From IMG/VR virus record IMGVR_UViG_3300023210_000023: a DNA stretch of 64,000 bases; one strand, given 5' to 3'. Positions 21,101-31,300 of this stretch are shown piece by piece (the first letter of the stretch is position 1; each line of letters opens with the position of its first letter). This stretch comes from an uncultured virus (IMG/VR IMGVR_UViG_3300023210_000023). Lineage: Duplodnaviria > Heunggongvirae > Uroviricota > Caudoviricetes. The translations under genes were made by a program, and so were the position numbers. Under the pieces are notes generated by a model. The model was given only the letters and a program-made list of their open reading frames with translations, was not told the DNA's origin and ran no database searches.

Positions 21101-22483
21101 TACCAGGCTATAGATCCAGTAGGTGGTTGTACTTGTTGTGCAGATGATTCAATTACTGGTTACGGAAATGAAACTACTGCAAATGGAGGCCAGCCTCAAT
21201 GTGAATATATGTATACATCAGCTCCAGGAGCAAGCTCTGGTAACTTAACAGCTATATCATTATCAGATCCTGCTTTCTTTAAAGATGCTTCATGGACTGT
21301 TAGTTATGATCCTAAATCTAAAGCATGGATTTCATTCCATGATTGGCATCCTGATTTATCATTTAATAGTATAAATCATTTTTTAACAACCAAAACAGGA
21401 GAAGCTAGTTGTCCTCCTGGTTATACATGGGATCCAGTTGAAAACAAGTGCTGTGAAGATATTCAAATTACAGTACCAAGATTAACAAACCTTTTACTCT
21501 TGAATATGACTCCGGCTGAAAATGCAGGTTCTAGTGGTTGTCTTGATGCAGTTTTAGGTACTGGTCAAGTTTGTCCAGCAGGATATGATTTAGTTTTACC
21601 TTGTGGTCAAAATTCTTATAACAATTATCTCTTTAGCGTATGTGGTCAATCAAACTGTAGTTGTGATGGTAATGGTAGTAATGACAGTTTAACAACATTT
21701 AGAGGACAATGTGAACAAACATCTGGTATATATACTTCATCGGATGATGGTACACCATGCGCTACTGCACAAGAGATATTTGATTATGAGTATGATTCTG
21801 ATGGACGAGAAACTAGTTTAACATATATTGATACTGGTTTTTGTAATGCAAGTTGTAAAAATTGTAGCGGTCAAATAGAAGGATCTTCTATATGGAGACA
21901 CAATACAAGAACTGATTTATATGCTAATTATTATGGTATAGATTATCCATGGGAAGTTGATGTAATAGAACACAGTGGTCAAAGTGTTACAACTATTAGA
22001 AGTTTAGAATATCAGTTAGAATCATATGTATATCAAAATGAAAGTAAAGATAGGTTCCATGATTTAGATTGGAATTTTGATGAAGCAATAATATATAACA
22101 CAGAACAAGTATCTGGATTATTAAGATTAAACATTACACCTAAAAATAATCCTGTATTAGCATCTACATTCCCAATAATTGGTGGTGGTTTTATAGATAT
22201 ATTATATAGTAAAGAAGAACAAAAATATAGATTTAACCAGTTCTGGGATATTACAAATGATAGAGGAGAATTTTCAGCAGCTCAACAAACAGTATTTAAT
22301 ACACAATGGAATGGATATATAAGAAATCTTAATGCTGCTAATTTAAATTATAATAAAGCACAAACACAGAGAAAGAAATTCAGACATTATTATAATCATA
22401 TCCTACTAAGAAGAGTTAAATCTGAAAATAGAAAAATGTTATTAAGATTAAATAATACTAAGTTAAATATTTCAATGAGATAA
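15125..22483 (+). CDS. Tail stabilization/muzzle protein (P22 gp10-like class) with large insertions
   Basis: N-terminal KGMIKD…NAIN…GNEP, later 'GGDVYINRY', 'DFFVESEIN', 'SVYDP' and 'WTVSYDPKSKAWISFHDWHP' motifs; canonical crAss position before the cargo and RNAP genes. Confidence 0.75.
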   Translation: MAKKKQNQPTSTTETNLTPKGMIKDSDASYMSKQNWNHARNAINNSIDGDVGVIGNEPANLQCINVPYTIIGGIHLYGDIWVIFSTDNINSEIGRFDDSRCEYEAIVNDGCLNFSTDHLIVGVSKENYDCQWLVYWDDALNPSRVLNIDDVPYTLDPICTDPCNPCYTTDLDCDAIRLAPFMDVPCITLSKAEEGGSLVNGTYQVFIAYTLDNQVIGDYVGISNLQSLWNHSGPSGSLDINISNLDKDFDNFQLVIRFKTHNAISTRIIGYYSTEQTTINIDYIDGRLEVLTDLALIVRNPVYEKSDGMYVVNDYLIRSQPTEKFDFNYQPLANLIHAHWESWRYPSTYYSNGGNKPSFMRDEQYAFFIRWIYNTGDKSKAYHIPGKPPGNVASNLPGYVALPPLQTNDPLTVDGINIAPSGSQEFYFKGINTADSVITGDIGDIKDAKFSGVKTGEGHMGYWQSTELYPHDPVRWNSSEHTWSNYGNVTDHDLCGQPIRHHKFPDETLQGTDAALLSPTVNGRSGEFINILGIKFDNIYPPVDNNGVLIPGIVGYEILTGSRSGNKSILAKGIIRNMFTYERDSTTSALASSSGPRQSGLSWGVFPNYPYNDLHIDPYLLNRNQGQLVSNRPWYDGIEDNFLVDPSQHSSEDRKGLGEITRDYFTFHSPDTMFSRMFLNPSEIKLYKSLNGKQIGNFKRSEEHPRFKLIKKRAVFVAAIIGVGYAINQMRGPEDLSITGAGQNPAGMADYKALGSGTAMSPFPGVGNGISLINSLFHLGGMVGTYIAKGALDLLVDGATVLGAGRDAKQIAIPVFNAAESAATGLTGAASGSEKTITMRGTDFTGVPRIMAMITGIFAFLNYVATGGDKILDLIRNLVSYQDHVYKYISHGFYGTEAILPPLTWTGPDPASGIMGIDNDVAWRRNVEDARYIKQAFSAFPGNVMINNLRRQSTIVLSTEDLTGNGTTGPGGNDINYGGLVDPNGNDFSKFTIGDGMCNDCQNPNTGGTGATVTWYSPGAQTCKPIAVNYAALKVNIDNQYGQIDNILMQPAGGDCNYFSHDSLVAGTTITTNGGWSEVHWGGDVYINRYTEKTSMPFFWDFLKDGEPDGIAWDYKNYPNVPYPRYWLDSNKFRMDEYIKPITDLSFDWTGHTPGDLYHLDGPTKVTCEGGSATFTGADNYDPNDAPTSSVTASYDTTDESLINTITTTSTSGSGVPGDYIAHVTESVATWGNGAWELPEDGSGVDCTCNNCWDTTGPCFLGSNPCGSSCLQPDSTLPPLNNGNLFDNFASANAVYTGPLNGVSWQDAYITFQATTDNNQASAWTQQGSVVGTGGIVTAAMPAELLFKWHENYSVLNLTGTINISVNIKSVNQNTITFNGVTNLVTITHPSDPTDVRDVQGMLSGEYTRGILESLGGVVLPSGPLTDKTGFKANGIGGVSDRRYYQVNAGSVPGCSTDFGKSIDATPANAEQPGYVNQTMMLEATIQGLAAVYNWNTGGFEYVVDNRYTWLVAQGGGDVTPTPIPSGSPTSSTANELLPKENFDSITIDHGGYVSTEVCIDSGSINTTTHKVESDIFGYKGGDGTTTGFKGQDSADFTISIQGGTPVPTSFDNVDYENATPPYESGTDIDKHGGVFVVTDHYMYTHNNGVQDFFVESEINVAFRDYSDSITTRHYDYLDYTDINTMFDAKIQDVDNYYKYDKSLNQKRFWNTSFGEIQPRWYDPYVSETCLTKFPKRLIYSLPTGGVTLKKLKQQKKEANKDFWRIFLSKNFRDFKSTVNTIKPINKTGALILFPTISPQMFQGVDALNMDKGGTKLIIGDGGLFSQAFQNVANSDLSHEYGSCESARSVINTPMGLFYVSQAQGKIFQYGSKGLSAISDQGMKWWFNKYLPSRLIAALPNVEDCPSVADNPVTGIGIQSVYDPMNDIIYFMKKDYEVLSPCISYVPCEGFYIDINCGESCAPGQTFNSTTKLCEETSFGFCSPSASQCPPGYQAIDPVGGCTCCADDSITGYGNETTANGGQPQCEYMYTSAPGASSGNLTAISLSDPAFFKDASWTVSYDPKSKAWISFHDWHPDLSFNSINHFLTTKTGEASCPPGYTWDPVENKCCEDIQITVPRLTNLLLLNMTPAENAGSSGCLDAVLGTGQVCPAGYDLVLPCGQNSYNNYLFSVCGQSNCSCDGNGSNDSLTTFRGQCEQTSGIYTSSDDGTPCATAQEIFDYEYDSDGRETSLTYIDTGFCNASCKNCSGQIEGSSIWRHNTRTDLYANYYGIDYPWEVDVIEHSGQSVTTIRSLEYQLESYVYQNESKDRFHDLDWNFDEAIIYNTEQVSGLLRLNITPKNNPVLASTFPIIGGGFIDILYSKEEQKYRFNQFWDITNDRGEFSAAQQTVFNTQWNGYIRNLNAANLNYNKAQTQRKKFRHYYNHILLRRVKSENRKMLLRLNNTKLNISMR

Positions 22484-25122
22484 TGGAAGATCAAAAAGAT
22501 ATATCAAAACAAGGATATAAAGATGACTCTCCTTATAAGGATAGACCATACTTAGACATACATACACCAAATGGTGTAATAGATATGACAGGTGTAAGCA
22601 TTCCTTTACTTGCTAATAATGTTATTCTAGGTCCTAACTCAGGTCTCCATAAGTTTAATACAAGAAGGGTTAGAGAAATTCCTATGGCTCAAAGAGGAAG
22701 AGAGCAAGGAGTTATAAAACCATATGTACCATCAAATTACTTCCCTAGTATAGGCGGTAATCCAAACTTCTTGCAGTCAGGTGATAAAGGTTCTTTAATG
22801 CCATTAAAAATTAATTGGGAAGGTAAGTGGCAAAATGATTTAGGAATGTATAGAACACAGAATTATATGGTTCCTGGATTAGATGTAGAGACTGGAGAAT
22901 GGGGTGATAAACCATATACAACTAATTTTATGAATGAATGGGATAGAAGTGGTTTAGAACCTACTTTTACATTTACTTCAGCAGGAGGACCAGGAGCAGG
23001 TTTTAGAGGATACTTTCCTTATTCAGATCCTCTTGGGATTGGTTTAGAAGTTGATTTAGACCCAACAGGACCTGGTGGAGGAATATTAGTTAATACAGGT
23101 AATTTAAGAAAATGGAGTAATAATTTAGCAGATAGAATTGGTGATAATAGTGTAGGTAATTCATTTAGAGATCTTAACCTTCCTCCAGGATTTTTATATT
23201 CAGGTGTAGAAGTTGCTGGTAATGTTCCAGCACCATTTGTAGGTGCTACAGTTTCTTTAAATGATACAGAAAATTTAGAAAAATGGCTGCAGTTACCAGA
23301 GAATCAAGGTAAATCTAATTTTTCAAGAGGTTTTATGCATGCTCTAGGTCCTGGATTACATGCATGGAATAAAGGTCCAAAACTAAGTGGACAGATGACT
23401 ATAAATAATCCACTTAATCCTATGGGAAATCCTTTATGGAAATCTCCTGATTTCTTTGGTGGGAAAAAAATTCATAATCCACTTAGTGGTACAGGAGTTG
23501 GAATAGGAGGAAGAACCGGTCTAAAAGGTGGAAACATAATACCTCATATAGAAATAGGAGCTTTTGAACAAGGAGTAAGAGGAGGGTTTGCTAGTATAAA
23601 AGAGGAAGTGACTGAACTTGCAGAAGACATGATGAAAAAGAATAAAAAGCTTACTCAGTCAGCTGCAATGAAAAAAGCTTATAGTGAAACTGCAGGGAAT
23701 ATACCTACAGGTAAACTATTTAACAAACTTAAAATCCCACAACTTTTAGATGCTGCTGGTGAATTAATTTATGGAGCTCCTGGTTCTGGAGTTACTGCTC
23801 CTTATCAAAAATCTGGAAATACTTTAGCTAATTATTTAAAAAACTCAAAAATACCTTATGGAAAGTTTATTAATAATCCTTGGTTTTGGAAAACTATAGC
23901 TAGAGGTTTAATGGTTCCAGATATTATAAATACAGTTACTGGAGCTATGCATCAGAAGAATCAACCTATTGCTGATGCATGGGAAGGTGCCTTTGGTGAA
24001 GATAGACGTAATGTACATATGGAAAAGTATGGTACATTTCCTAGAATGCAAAGATGGTGGAATGAAGGTATAGATCCTATTCTTGGAGCTAAGTGGTGGA
24101 AGAGTGATGCAGAAGAACATGATGATAACATGACCATGATGAATGAGCTATATGAAAAAGCTTTTATAAAAAAGTATAATGTTACTAAAGAACAAATAAA
24201 AGCTAAAGAGTTAGAACTACAAGAAAAGAACAATTGGGAAAATGCTACAGATTTAGAATTACTTAAAGAAGCAGAAAAGAATTCTCCTGCTGAGGTTGCA
24301 AAAGCAGAAAAAATAATAAGAGAACAAAAAGCTAAAGAAAGTAGTATTAAGAGTGCTAAGATGCATTCAGAGAATCCTTATCTAGGACCTAAATATAAAC
24401 ATGGTGGTTCAGTTAAACAATCACCTTATGATAAAGAGAAATTTGCTCTTAAGAATCAAGATGGTATAATTGCTGATATGATGCGTAATGGTGCTTTTTT
24501 ACCTAAGTTTAAAATGGGTTCTGAAAAAAAGATTGAAACACCTCAAGGTAACTATACTATTAAAAAAGACTTTGATAAAGGAAGAAACTTACCTTATGTA
24601 AACTATAAACATAAAGATATAGATGATAGAGTGTATTATGATAAAGATGATGCAGATGGATCAGGTAATTTTCAAATAATTGATATTGCTCAACAAATAC
24701 ATGATCAACAAAGAGCTCATGACTTAACAAAGAAACTTATAAAAAAATATAGAAACGGAGATAAATTATCACCTTCAGGATTAAAACATCTAAGCGCACT
24801 AGGAATGATACCTAATGAAGAAGTAACAGATCCTAATGTAGAAGCATTAACTACACCTCCACTCTCTATTCCAGAAATAACATTTGAAGATCTTGATGTA
24901 AATACAAATGTAAAAAACGTAACACTTGGAGATGATAAAGTTATTCCTATAGATGACCAGATAGCATTGTATATGGCACACGTAAGTGGTGCTGCAGAAG
25001 GTACACCATATCAAAAAAAGTTAAAAAGAATATATGATAAACTTAATAGAGTTTATTATCAAGATTCTAAAAAAGCAGGTTTAGATACAGTAGAGTACAT
25101 GAAGTCACTAACTAAAAGTTAG
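22483..25122 (+). CDS. Putative internal virion (cargo) protein
   Basis: TAATG-coupled to the muzzle gene; Gly-rich middle; contains xxGG motifs shared with the next two genes. Confidence 0.55.
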   Translation: MEDQKDISKQGYKDDSPYKDRPYLDIHTPNGVIDMTGVSIPLLANNVILGPNSGLHKFNTRRVREIPMAQRGREQGVIKPYVPSNYFPSIGGNPNFLQSGDKGSLMPLKINWEGKWQNDLGMYRTQNYMVPGLDVETGEWGDKPYTTNFMNEWDRSGLEPTFTFTSAGGPGAGFRGYFPYSDPLGIGLEVDLDPTGPGGGILVNTGNLRKWSNNLADRIGDNSVGNSFRDLNLPPGFLYSGVEVAGNVPAPFVGATVSLNDTENLEKWLQLPENQGKSNFSRGFMHALGPGLHAWNKGPKLSGQMTINNPLNPMGNPLWKSPDFFGGKKIHNPLSGTGVGIGGRTGLKGGNIIPHIEIGAFEQGVRGGFASIKEEVTELAEDMMKKNKKLTQSAAMKKAYSETAGNIPTGKLFNKLKIPQLLDAAGELIYGAPGSGVTAPYQKSGNTLANYLKNSKIPYGKFINNPWFWKTIARGLMVPDIINTVTGAMHQKNQPIADAWEGAFGEDRRNVHMEKYGTFPRMQRWWNEGIDPILGAKWWKSDAEEHDDNMTMMNELYEKAFIKKYNVTKEQIKAKELELQEKNNWENATDLELLKEAEKNSPAEVAKAEKIIREQKAKESSIKSAKMHSENPYLGPKYKHGGSVKQSPYDKEKFALKNQDGIIADMMRNGAFLPKFKMGSEKKIETPQGNYTIKKDFDKGRNLPYVNYKHKDIDDRVYYDKDDADGSGNFQIIDIAQQIHDQQRAHDLTKKLIKKYRNGDKLSPSGLKHLSALGMIPNEEVTDPNVEALTTPPLSIPEITFEDLDVNTNVKNVTLGDDKVIPIDDQIALYMAHVSGAAEGTPYQKKLKRIYDKLNRVYYQDSKKAGLDTVEYMKSLTKS

Positions 25123-25135
25123 TTAATGTGCTTGA

Positions 25136-25151
25136 TTTTTAGTATATTATA
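25136..25151 (+). promoter_or_regulatory. Candidate phage late promoter motif (TTTTTAGTATATTATA)
   Basis: Recurrent motif in the 45-nt gap before the ORF at 25168. Confidence 0.55.
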
Positions 25152-25167
25152 TATGTAATGAAATAAA

Positions 25168-28100
25168 ATGGCAAAAAAGAAAAAAAATATAAAAAATCAA
25201 ACTTTTGACGTTTATCCATATCTAGGTCAATATCAATACCTTATGCGTAATGGTGGACAATTGCCATGGTATCAGACGGAAGGTCCAGTAGATGGTGATG
25301 AAGGAAACCCTGTTGATCCTACTGAGGGAGAAGGATCTCCAGAAGGTGAAGGAAGCCGTGAAGGTAAATATGATTGTAATGGTAAACCATGTGATTGGCC
25401 AGCATATGTAGAGCATTATAAAAAAATGACTGGAGATGAACCTCCTTGTAACCAATCTCCTGATGGTTGTGATGAAGAAGATAAAGACGGATCTGGAGAA
25501 GGTTCTGGAGAGGGATCAGGATCCGGAGAGGGAACTGATACAGATGGTGAAGGTTGTGAAAAATCTGTATATTTTGAATGTGCTAAGAAAGGACTTAAAG
25601 TAGATCCAGCTACATGTACATGTATAGAAAAAGTAGAAGAGTCTTCAGAAACTGATAAGCAAAAAGCTATACAAGATTATCAAAATGGTAAGATCAGTAA
25701 GAAAGAACTGGATGAGATTGTTAATTCTCACAATTTAGGAGATGGTATAAAAAAAGGAAGTCCTGATTATGAAATATCTCCAACATCTAAGTGGGGTCTT
25801 TTAGCTGATGCAGTTGGTTCTACAGGACAAACAATAAAAGGATTTGGAAGACAGTCAATAAATCCTAAAACAGGTAGACCTTATACAAGATCAGATTTCA
25901 AACAAACTACTCTTGATACAAGTAAGATTAGTAATGAAAACAATGCACAGTTATATTGGGATGATGCTAATTTACAAAAGTTTATTGAGACTGGTGATAA
26001 AAATACAAAACTGTCTGATATTATAGGTACACAAGGAATGCACAGTTCTAGAAGATTTGATGATTTTCAAGATTATAGACAAACTCTTGTAAATGAATAT
26101 GATAAAGAAGGGCATTTAAATACTAATGATGTTGCTTCTAGACAATCAATGGACCGTACTACAGGAGATATAACATATGATGATGTAGAATATGAAGAAG
26201 AAGTTACAGAAGACAATCCAGATTTTAATCCTGATGAAGAAGAAAGTGAAACAAATCAGAAAACAATAACTAAAACAGTAACTAAAACTAGAGCTTTTGA
26301 TCCGGAAAATGATAAAACAGAATATGATAAAGCAAGAGATAATACTAAAGATTATAGTACAACTGATGTATTAGTTAATCCAGATGCTGATGTAACAAGT
26401 ATAGTAAGAACAGGTCCTGAAGCAGATCCTAATGTTATAGATCTTGAAGGTAACATGACTAGTCTTGAAATTGAAAAGTATGATCCAGAAAATGATTATA
26501 CTGACAATAAGAAAGTCATAAAGAAATCATCAGAACAAATAAAGAAAGAAAAGAGAGAAGAAGATAATAGTAATGATGATAATAATGACGATGGAAATGA
26601 TAATCCTAGCGGCTTAATAGAAGAAAGTAGAGTTGATAATGGTGATGGTACTGTTACAATTAAATATACTAATGGTGCTACAAAAATTATTAAAACTCCG
26701 GAATCATCTCAACAGAAAAAGAATAGAATAAGAAAAGAAAATAATAAAGAAGGTAAAATGGGATTAGAAATGTTTGTATACGGTGGCCAGAAAGACCTTG
26801 ATAAATATCAAACTCAAGGTGAAAAAGTGCATAAATTTTTAGAATATACTCCTGACTTTCCAAGAACATCTGTTGTTCCATATAAAGGAAATCATACTGC
26901 TGTAGATTTACAGAATGCAATAACTAGAGATAGTACACAACTTGAAAATGATCTAGCTGATAGTTGGATGTACAGAAATCTTATAGGTCAAGATAAAAAT
27001 CATCAAAGTAATCTAGGTCCAGCAGGAAGACTCCAACTTAATAGAGAATGGTTACATAAACTATTAAATCAAGATGATCAAGAACGTGCAAATAAATTAA
27101 ACTTTTACAGAAATGGAGGTGCACTGCCCTTCTATCAAGAAGGAAATGAAACTGATTTAGAGGCTCCGGATGATGTTAATGAGAAAGCAGTAGAGGTCCC
27201 TGTAGATGAAACAAATGAAGATGCTAATGACGCAGCAACAGAAGTTGTAGAAGAAGAAGCAAACCTGACTGAAGAAGAAATGAATGAATTAGATGAGACT
27301 ACTGTAAAAAAATCAGGAGTAGTTGAGTCAAAATATGGTAATCTTGCAAATAGAGCAAAAGCATATACTAAAACAGGTATAGCAGATAGAGCTATAAATA
27401 CATATGGTGATATTTCAAACACTGTAACTAAATGGGCTGACTTTGGTAATGCTGTTTTAGAAGGCTGGCAAAATGATGCTGCTCAAACAAAAGCTGAAAC
27501 AGAAAATACTGATGCTGAATCTCAATTTATGGTTCAGGAATCTTCACAAGGAATACATGATGTTAATAGTGGAGATAGTTTTACTAATGACAAAGTAGAT
27601 GAAATCTATTCTGGTAATAATATGAAGGCTCCATTAATAGTACAACAAGGTGGTAATCCACAACAAATGGCTCAACAGCAAATGGCTCAACCAGTTGTAG
27701 ATAATGTTAACTATGCAGCATTAGCTGAGTTTACAGGATCTAATCCTTATAACGTAGAAATAGGTTATAGTCCTGAAGTTATTGCATATCAAAAACAAGT
27801 AATGGCTAAGATGGCTTACGGTGGTCAACTACCAATGGCAAAAGACGGATGGTGGGATAGTGTAAAAGAAGGTGCATCAAACTTATATGACTCTGCAAAA
27901 AAGACATATGATGAAACTGATTTTAAAACTCCTATTAATAAAGCATTAGATTATTCACAAACAACATTATCAGCAGCAGGATTAACACCAGCTGTTGGTA
28001 TTATTCCTGATGCAATTAATACTGCTATTTCTGCAGGTAGAACGGGACATGCAGCAATAACTGGAGATACAGAAGCTACTAAGAAATATGGTACAAGTCT

Positions 28101-28341
28101 AGCTCTTAATGCAGCATCAATGATACCTGTTGCAGGACAAGCTGCTGGTGTTACATCATTAGCAAATGATGCAGTGAACTATGCAGCTGATTCTACAGTT
28201 ACACCAGATATACCACCAGTACAAATAGCAGAAAAAAAACCTGAAATAAATAAGGTAGCAAAGTATGGAACTGAGGTAGAAGTAGATTATGAATTACTAC
28301 AAGAACTAATAAAAGCAGGTGCTGATATAGAAATCATATAA
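25168..28341 (+). CDS. Acidic low-complexity putative cargo protein
   Basis: E/D-rich tracts, EGSG repeats, multiple [MFY]xxGG motifs, Ala/Gly-rich amphipathic C-terminal region. Confidence 0.55.
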   Translation: MAKKKKNIKNQTFDVYPYLGQYQYLMRNGGQLPWYQTEGPVDGDEGNPVDPTEGEGSPEGEGSREGKYDCNGKPCDWPAYVEHYKKMTGDEPPCNQSPDGCDEEDKDGSGEGSGEGSGSGEGTDTDGEGCEKSVYFECAKKGLKVDPATCTCIEKVEESSETDKQKAIQDYQNGKISKKELDEIVNSHNLGDGIKKGSPDYEISPTSKWGLLADAVGSTGQTIKGFGRQSINPKTGRPYTRSDFKQTTLDTSKISNENNAQLYWDDANLQKFIETGDKNTKLSDIIGTQGMHSSRRFDDFQDYRQTLVNEYDKEGHLNTNDVASRQSMDRTTGDITYDDVEYEEEVTEDNPDFNPDEEESETNQKTITKTVTKTRAFDPENDKTEYDKARDNTKDYSTTDVLVNPDADVTSIVRTGPEADPNVIDLEGNMTSLEIEKYDPENDYTDNKKVIKKSSEQIKKEKREEDNSNDDNNDDGNDNPSGLIEESRVDNGDGTVTIKYTNGATKIIKTPESSQQKKNRIRKENNKEGKMGLEMFVYGGQKDLDKYQTQGEKVHKFLEYTPDFPRTSVVPYKGNHTAVDLQNAITRDSTQLENDLADSWMYRNLIGQDKNHQSNLGPAGRLQLNREWLHKLLNQDDQERANKLNFYRNGGALPFYQEGNETDLEAPDDVNEKAVEVPVDETNEDANDAATEVVEEEANLTEEEMNELDETTVKKSGVVESKYGNLANRAKAYTKTGIADRAINTYGDISNTVTKWADFGNAVLEGWQNDAAQTKAETENTDAESQFMVQESSQGIHDVNSGDSFTNDKVDEIYSGNNMKAPLIVQQGGNPQQMAQQQMAQPVVDNVNYAALAEFTGSNPYNVEIGYSPEVIAYQKQVMAKMAYGGQLPMAKDGWWDSVKEGASNLYDSAKKTYDETDFKTPINKALDYSQTTLSAAGLTPAVGIIPDAINTAISAGRTGHAAITGDTEATKKYGTSLALNAASMIPVAGQAAGVTSLANDAVNYAADSTVTPDIPPVQIAEKKPEINKVAKYGTEVEVDYELLQELIKAGADIEII

Positions 28342-28343
28342 TT

Positions 28344-31300
28344 ATGGCAAAAATAAAAATAAATAAAAATTCATTACCTAAAGGTTTTACTGTAAGGGAC
28401 GGTAAAGTTATAAAAACATATGCTGCAGGTGGTGCTACATCAAGTAATACGTTAAAACCTGTTGATAGAGAAGCTGCTAATTTAGAAGCAGAAAAAGGTG
28501 AAGTAGCATTAACTGATACGTCAGGTGATGGAGTATTTGAATTATATAATATAGGAGGTAAAAGACATTCTGAAGGAGGTACACCTTTAAGTTTACCTGA
28601 TCAAAGTTTTATTTACTCTGACACAAGAGGAATGCTTTTAACTAAAGATGAAATGAAATCTTTAGGAATTGAACAAAAGAAAAGAATTACTCCTGCTAAG
28701 GCTGCTAAGAAATTTCCTTTAAATAAGTATATAGAAACATTAGAAGATGAAACATCTGATAAGATTGCAGTAGAAACTGCAGAACAGATGATTAATAAAA
28801 ATAAGATAATGTTATCTCAGATAGCATTTATTCAAGAATCTAAAAAAGATTTTGAAAATGGTTTACCATTAGCTGCTTTTCCATATTTAATGGCTAAAGG
28901 TGTAGACCCTCAACAATTTCAACAAAAGATAGATCAGATTAATGCTGAAAAGAATCCAGAGCAACAACCGCAACAAGGTATGACTCAAGGAATGCCTCCA
29001 CAAGGAATGATGCCTCCACAGGGAATGATGCCACCACAACCTCCTACTGATATGCAAGCACAAGGTATGATGGTTCCCCCACCTCAAATGGCAGTTGGTG
29101 GTGCTATGTCACAAAATACAACAAAGTTAGATAAATTATTATTTGGAGGATTTAAACAATCTACTTATAGTGTTGCTCCAATTGAAAATACTTCACAAGA
29201 TAATTCTGCAGAAGATGATTATCCACCGTGTCCAGCATATGGGAATCCTCCACCTAGTGCAACAATGAAACATTCGGCTGATACAAATAAAAATTATAAA
29301 GGTCCTGGCATGAAGTATGGTGGAGACTTAATGCCTTATCAAACTCAAGGAGAAGTGCCTGTACAACCAACTATGGAAACCGCAGGTGAAGCAGTAGAAC
29401 AAGGTACACAAAAAGAAACGGAAATTGAATTTGATTTAGCTACAAAATGTAAGAATCAGTTATGTGAATATGATGAATGGAGATTTGCATATAGACTAAA
29501 AGATATTAAAGAAGTTAGATTTATGTATGAGAGCTATAAGACTAAAGTTCTTGATAAAATGAAAGCTTCTGGAAATGATACAGCAATAATGCCAGGTCAT
29601 GAAAACATGCCAAATGCACCTTATGGTAATATGCCACAGATGAGGTTAGGAGGTGATTTAAAAAGATTTGTTTATGGGGGACAAGATAATGCAGGTATAT
29701 CTATGGGTAGATCAAATGAAATTGAGTTAGATCCATTAGCTCCAGCATATACAAATAACCCTATGTATAGATCTCTTGGTTCACAATTAGAAATGATACA
29801 ACAAGAGCATAGTGCAGCTATAAAGTATCATCAAGCAAATCCTCATATGTTTAAAGAAAAGAAAACACAAGAGGAATTTGAAAAGCAGATAAATAATATT
29901 CAAGAACAAATGAAAGACATTGAGCTTCAAATGAGAAGTGTTCAAAGAAAAGATATATTAGCAGGTTCAACAATGGATTTAGATCAATCTATGCCAAATG
30001 TGCAGATTGCAGATCCTTCAATGTATACTGGTTCTAATCCTGCTATGCAAGGTGCAGGTATGATGATGGCTAGACAAGGCATGGAATTACCAAGAATGGA
30101 AGTAGGTGGACCTATTTGTACAGGTGATGATTGTAATCATGAAAATGCTCATGATTCAGATAAATACAAAGGTAGAGAAGCAGGTAGAGCTGCACACACG
30201 GAATTCCATAATCATGTTATGGGTGAGGACTTTGCAGAAGTTAGAACTGAATGGATAAACGGTTATAAAGCTATTATAAAACAATGGGAAGATGTTACTG
30301 CAAATGCGGGTGGTATAGATGTAATAAAAAAAGCTATTAGAGATAATAAGAGTCTTGGTAATCTTACTGTTAAAGATTTAAAAAGAATAGTAAAGAATCA
30401 ACCAGTATCAGGTAAATCAGACGATGAGTTGTTTTCAGCATATATGGATATGAATGATAAACTTCTCCAAGCTAAACATGCAGGTTATAACCCAATTGAT
30501 TTCAAAGGAGGAGGATATAAAGATATATGTAAAGAGTTTGGTTGGGGTGATTGTGAAGGTGATGCCTATACAGAAAATGCTAAAATGTTCCAAGGAATGT
30601 TTACAGCAATGCAAGATTTAAAAGGTACAGAAACAGATTTAGATCAAGCAGATGCATTTTTTGGTAATATTACTTTAGATCTAAGCGGTGAACAACACGA
30701 AGGTGGATCTCATATAGATGAAAGAACTGGATTACCAATGTCAGATATTGATGGTATAATAGGAATGGCATCTGCTGGTCAATATAGTTCTGCTACTAAT
30801 GAAGTATATGAAGAAGAAATTATTACAGATATAAAATGTGATGAAGCTGAACAAAAAAGAATAGCTGCTGAATGTTTAAAGAATGGGCAGGAATTTGATC
30901 TAGAGACTTGTAGTTGTAAAACAAAACCTGAAACTCCGGAAGATACAGGGACTCCTCCTTATATGACATTCCCGCAGGATGATCTTAGACTACAGAATGC
31001 CATTGGTCAGAAGTGGGATAGAAATTTATATATGCCTACTAGACAGAATGTAGATCCTGTTCTTCCTGATGTTGCATATCAAGATCCTCAAGCTATGATA
31101 CAAGCTAACTTAGCTATGGCACAACAGTTAGCAAAAGCTGATCCTGCAAATGCTTCATTCTATATGGGACAGATTAGTGATAAGATGAACAAAGGTATCT
31201 CTGATGTAGCAAATACAAACATTAAGATCTTTGATAACAGTGAAGCAAGAAAGTCTCAAATATTAAATAATGCAATGACTACAAATTCAGCTAATAGAGA

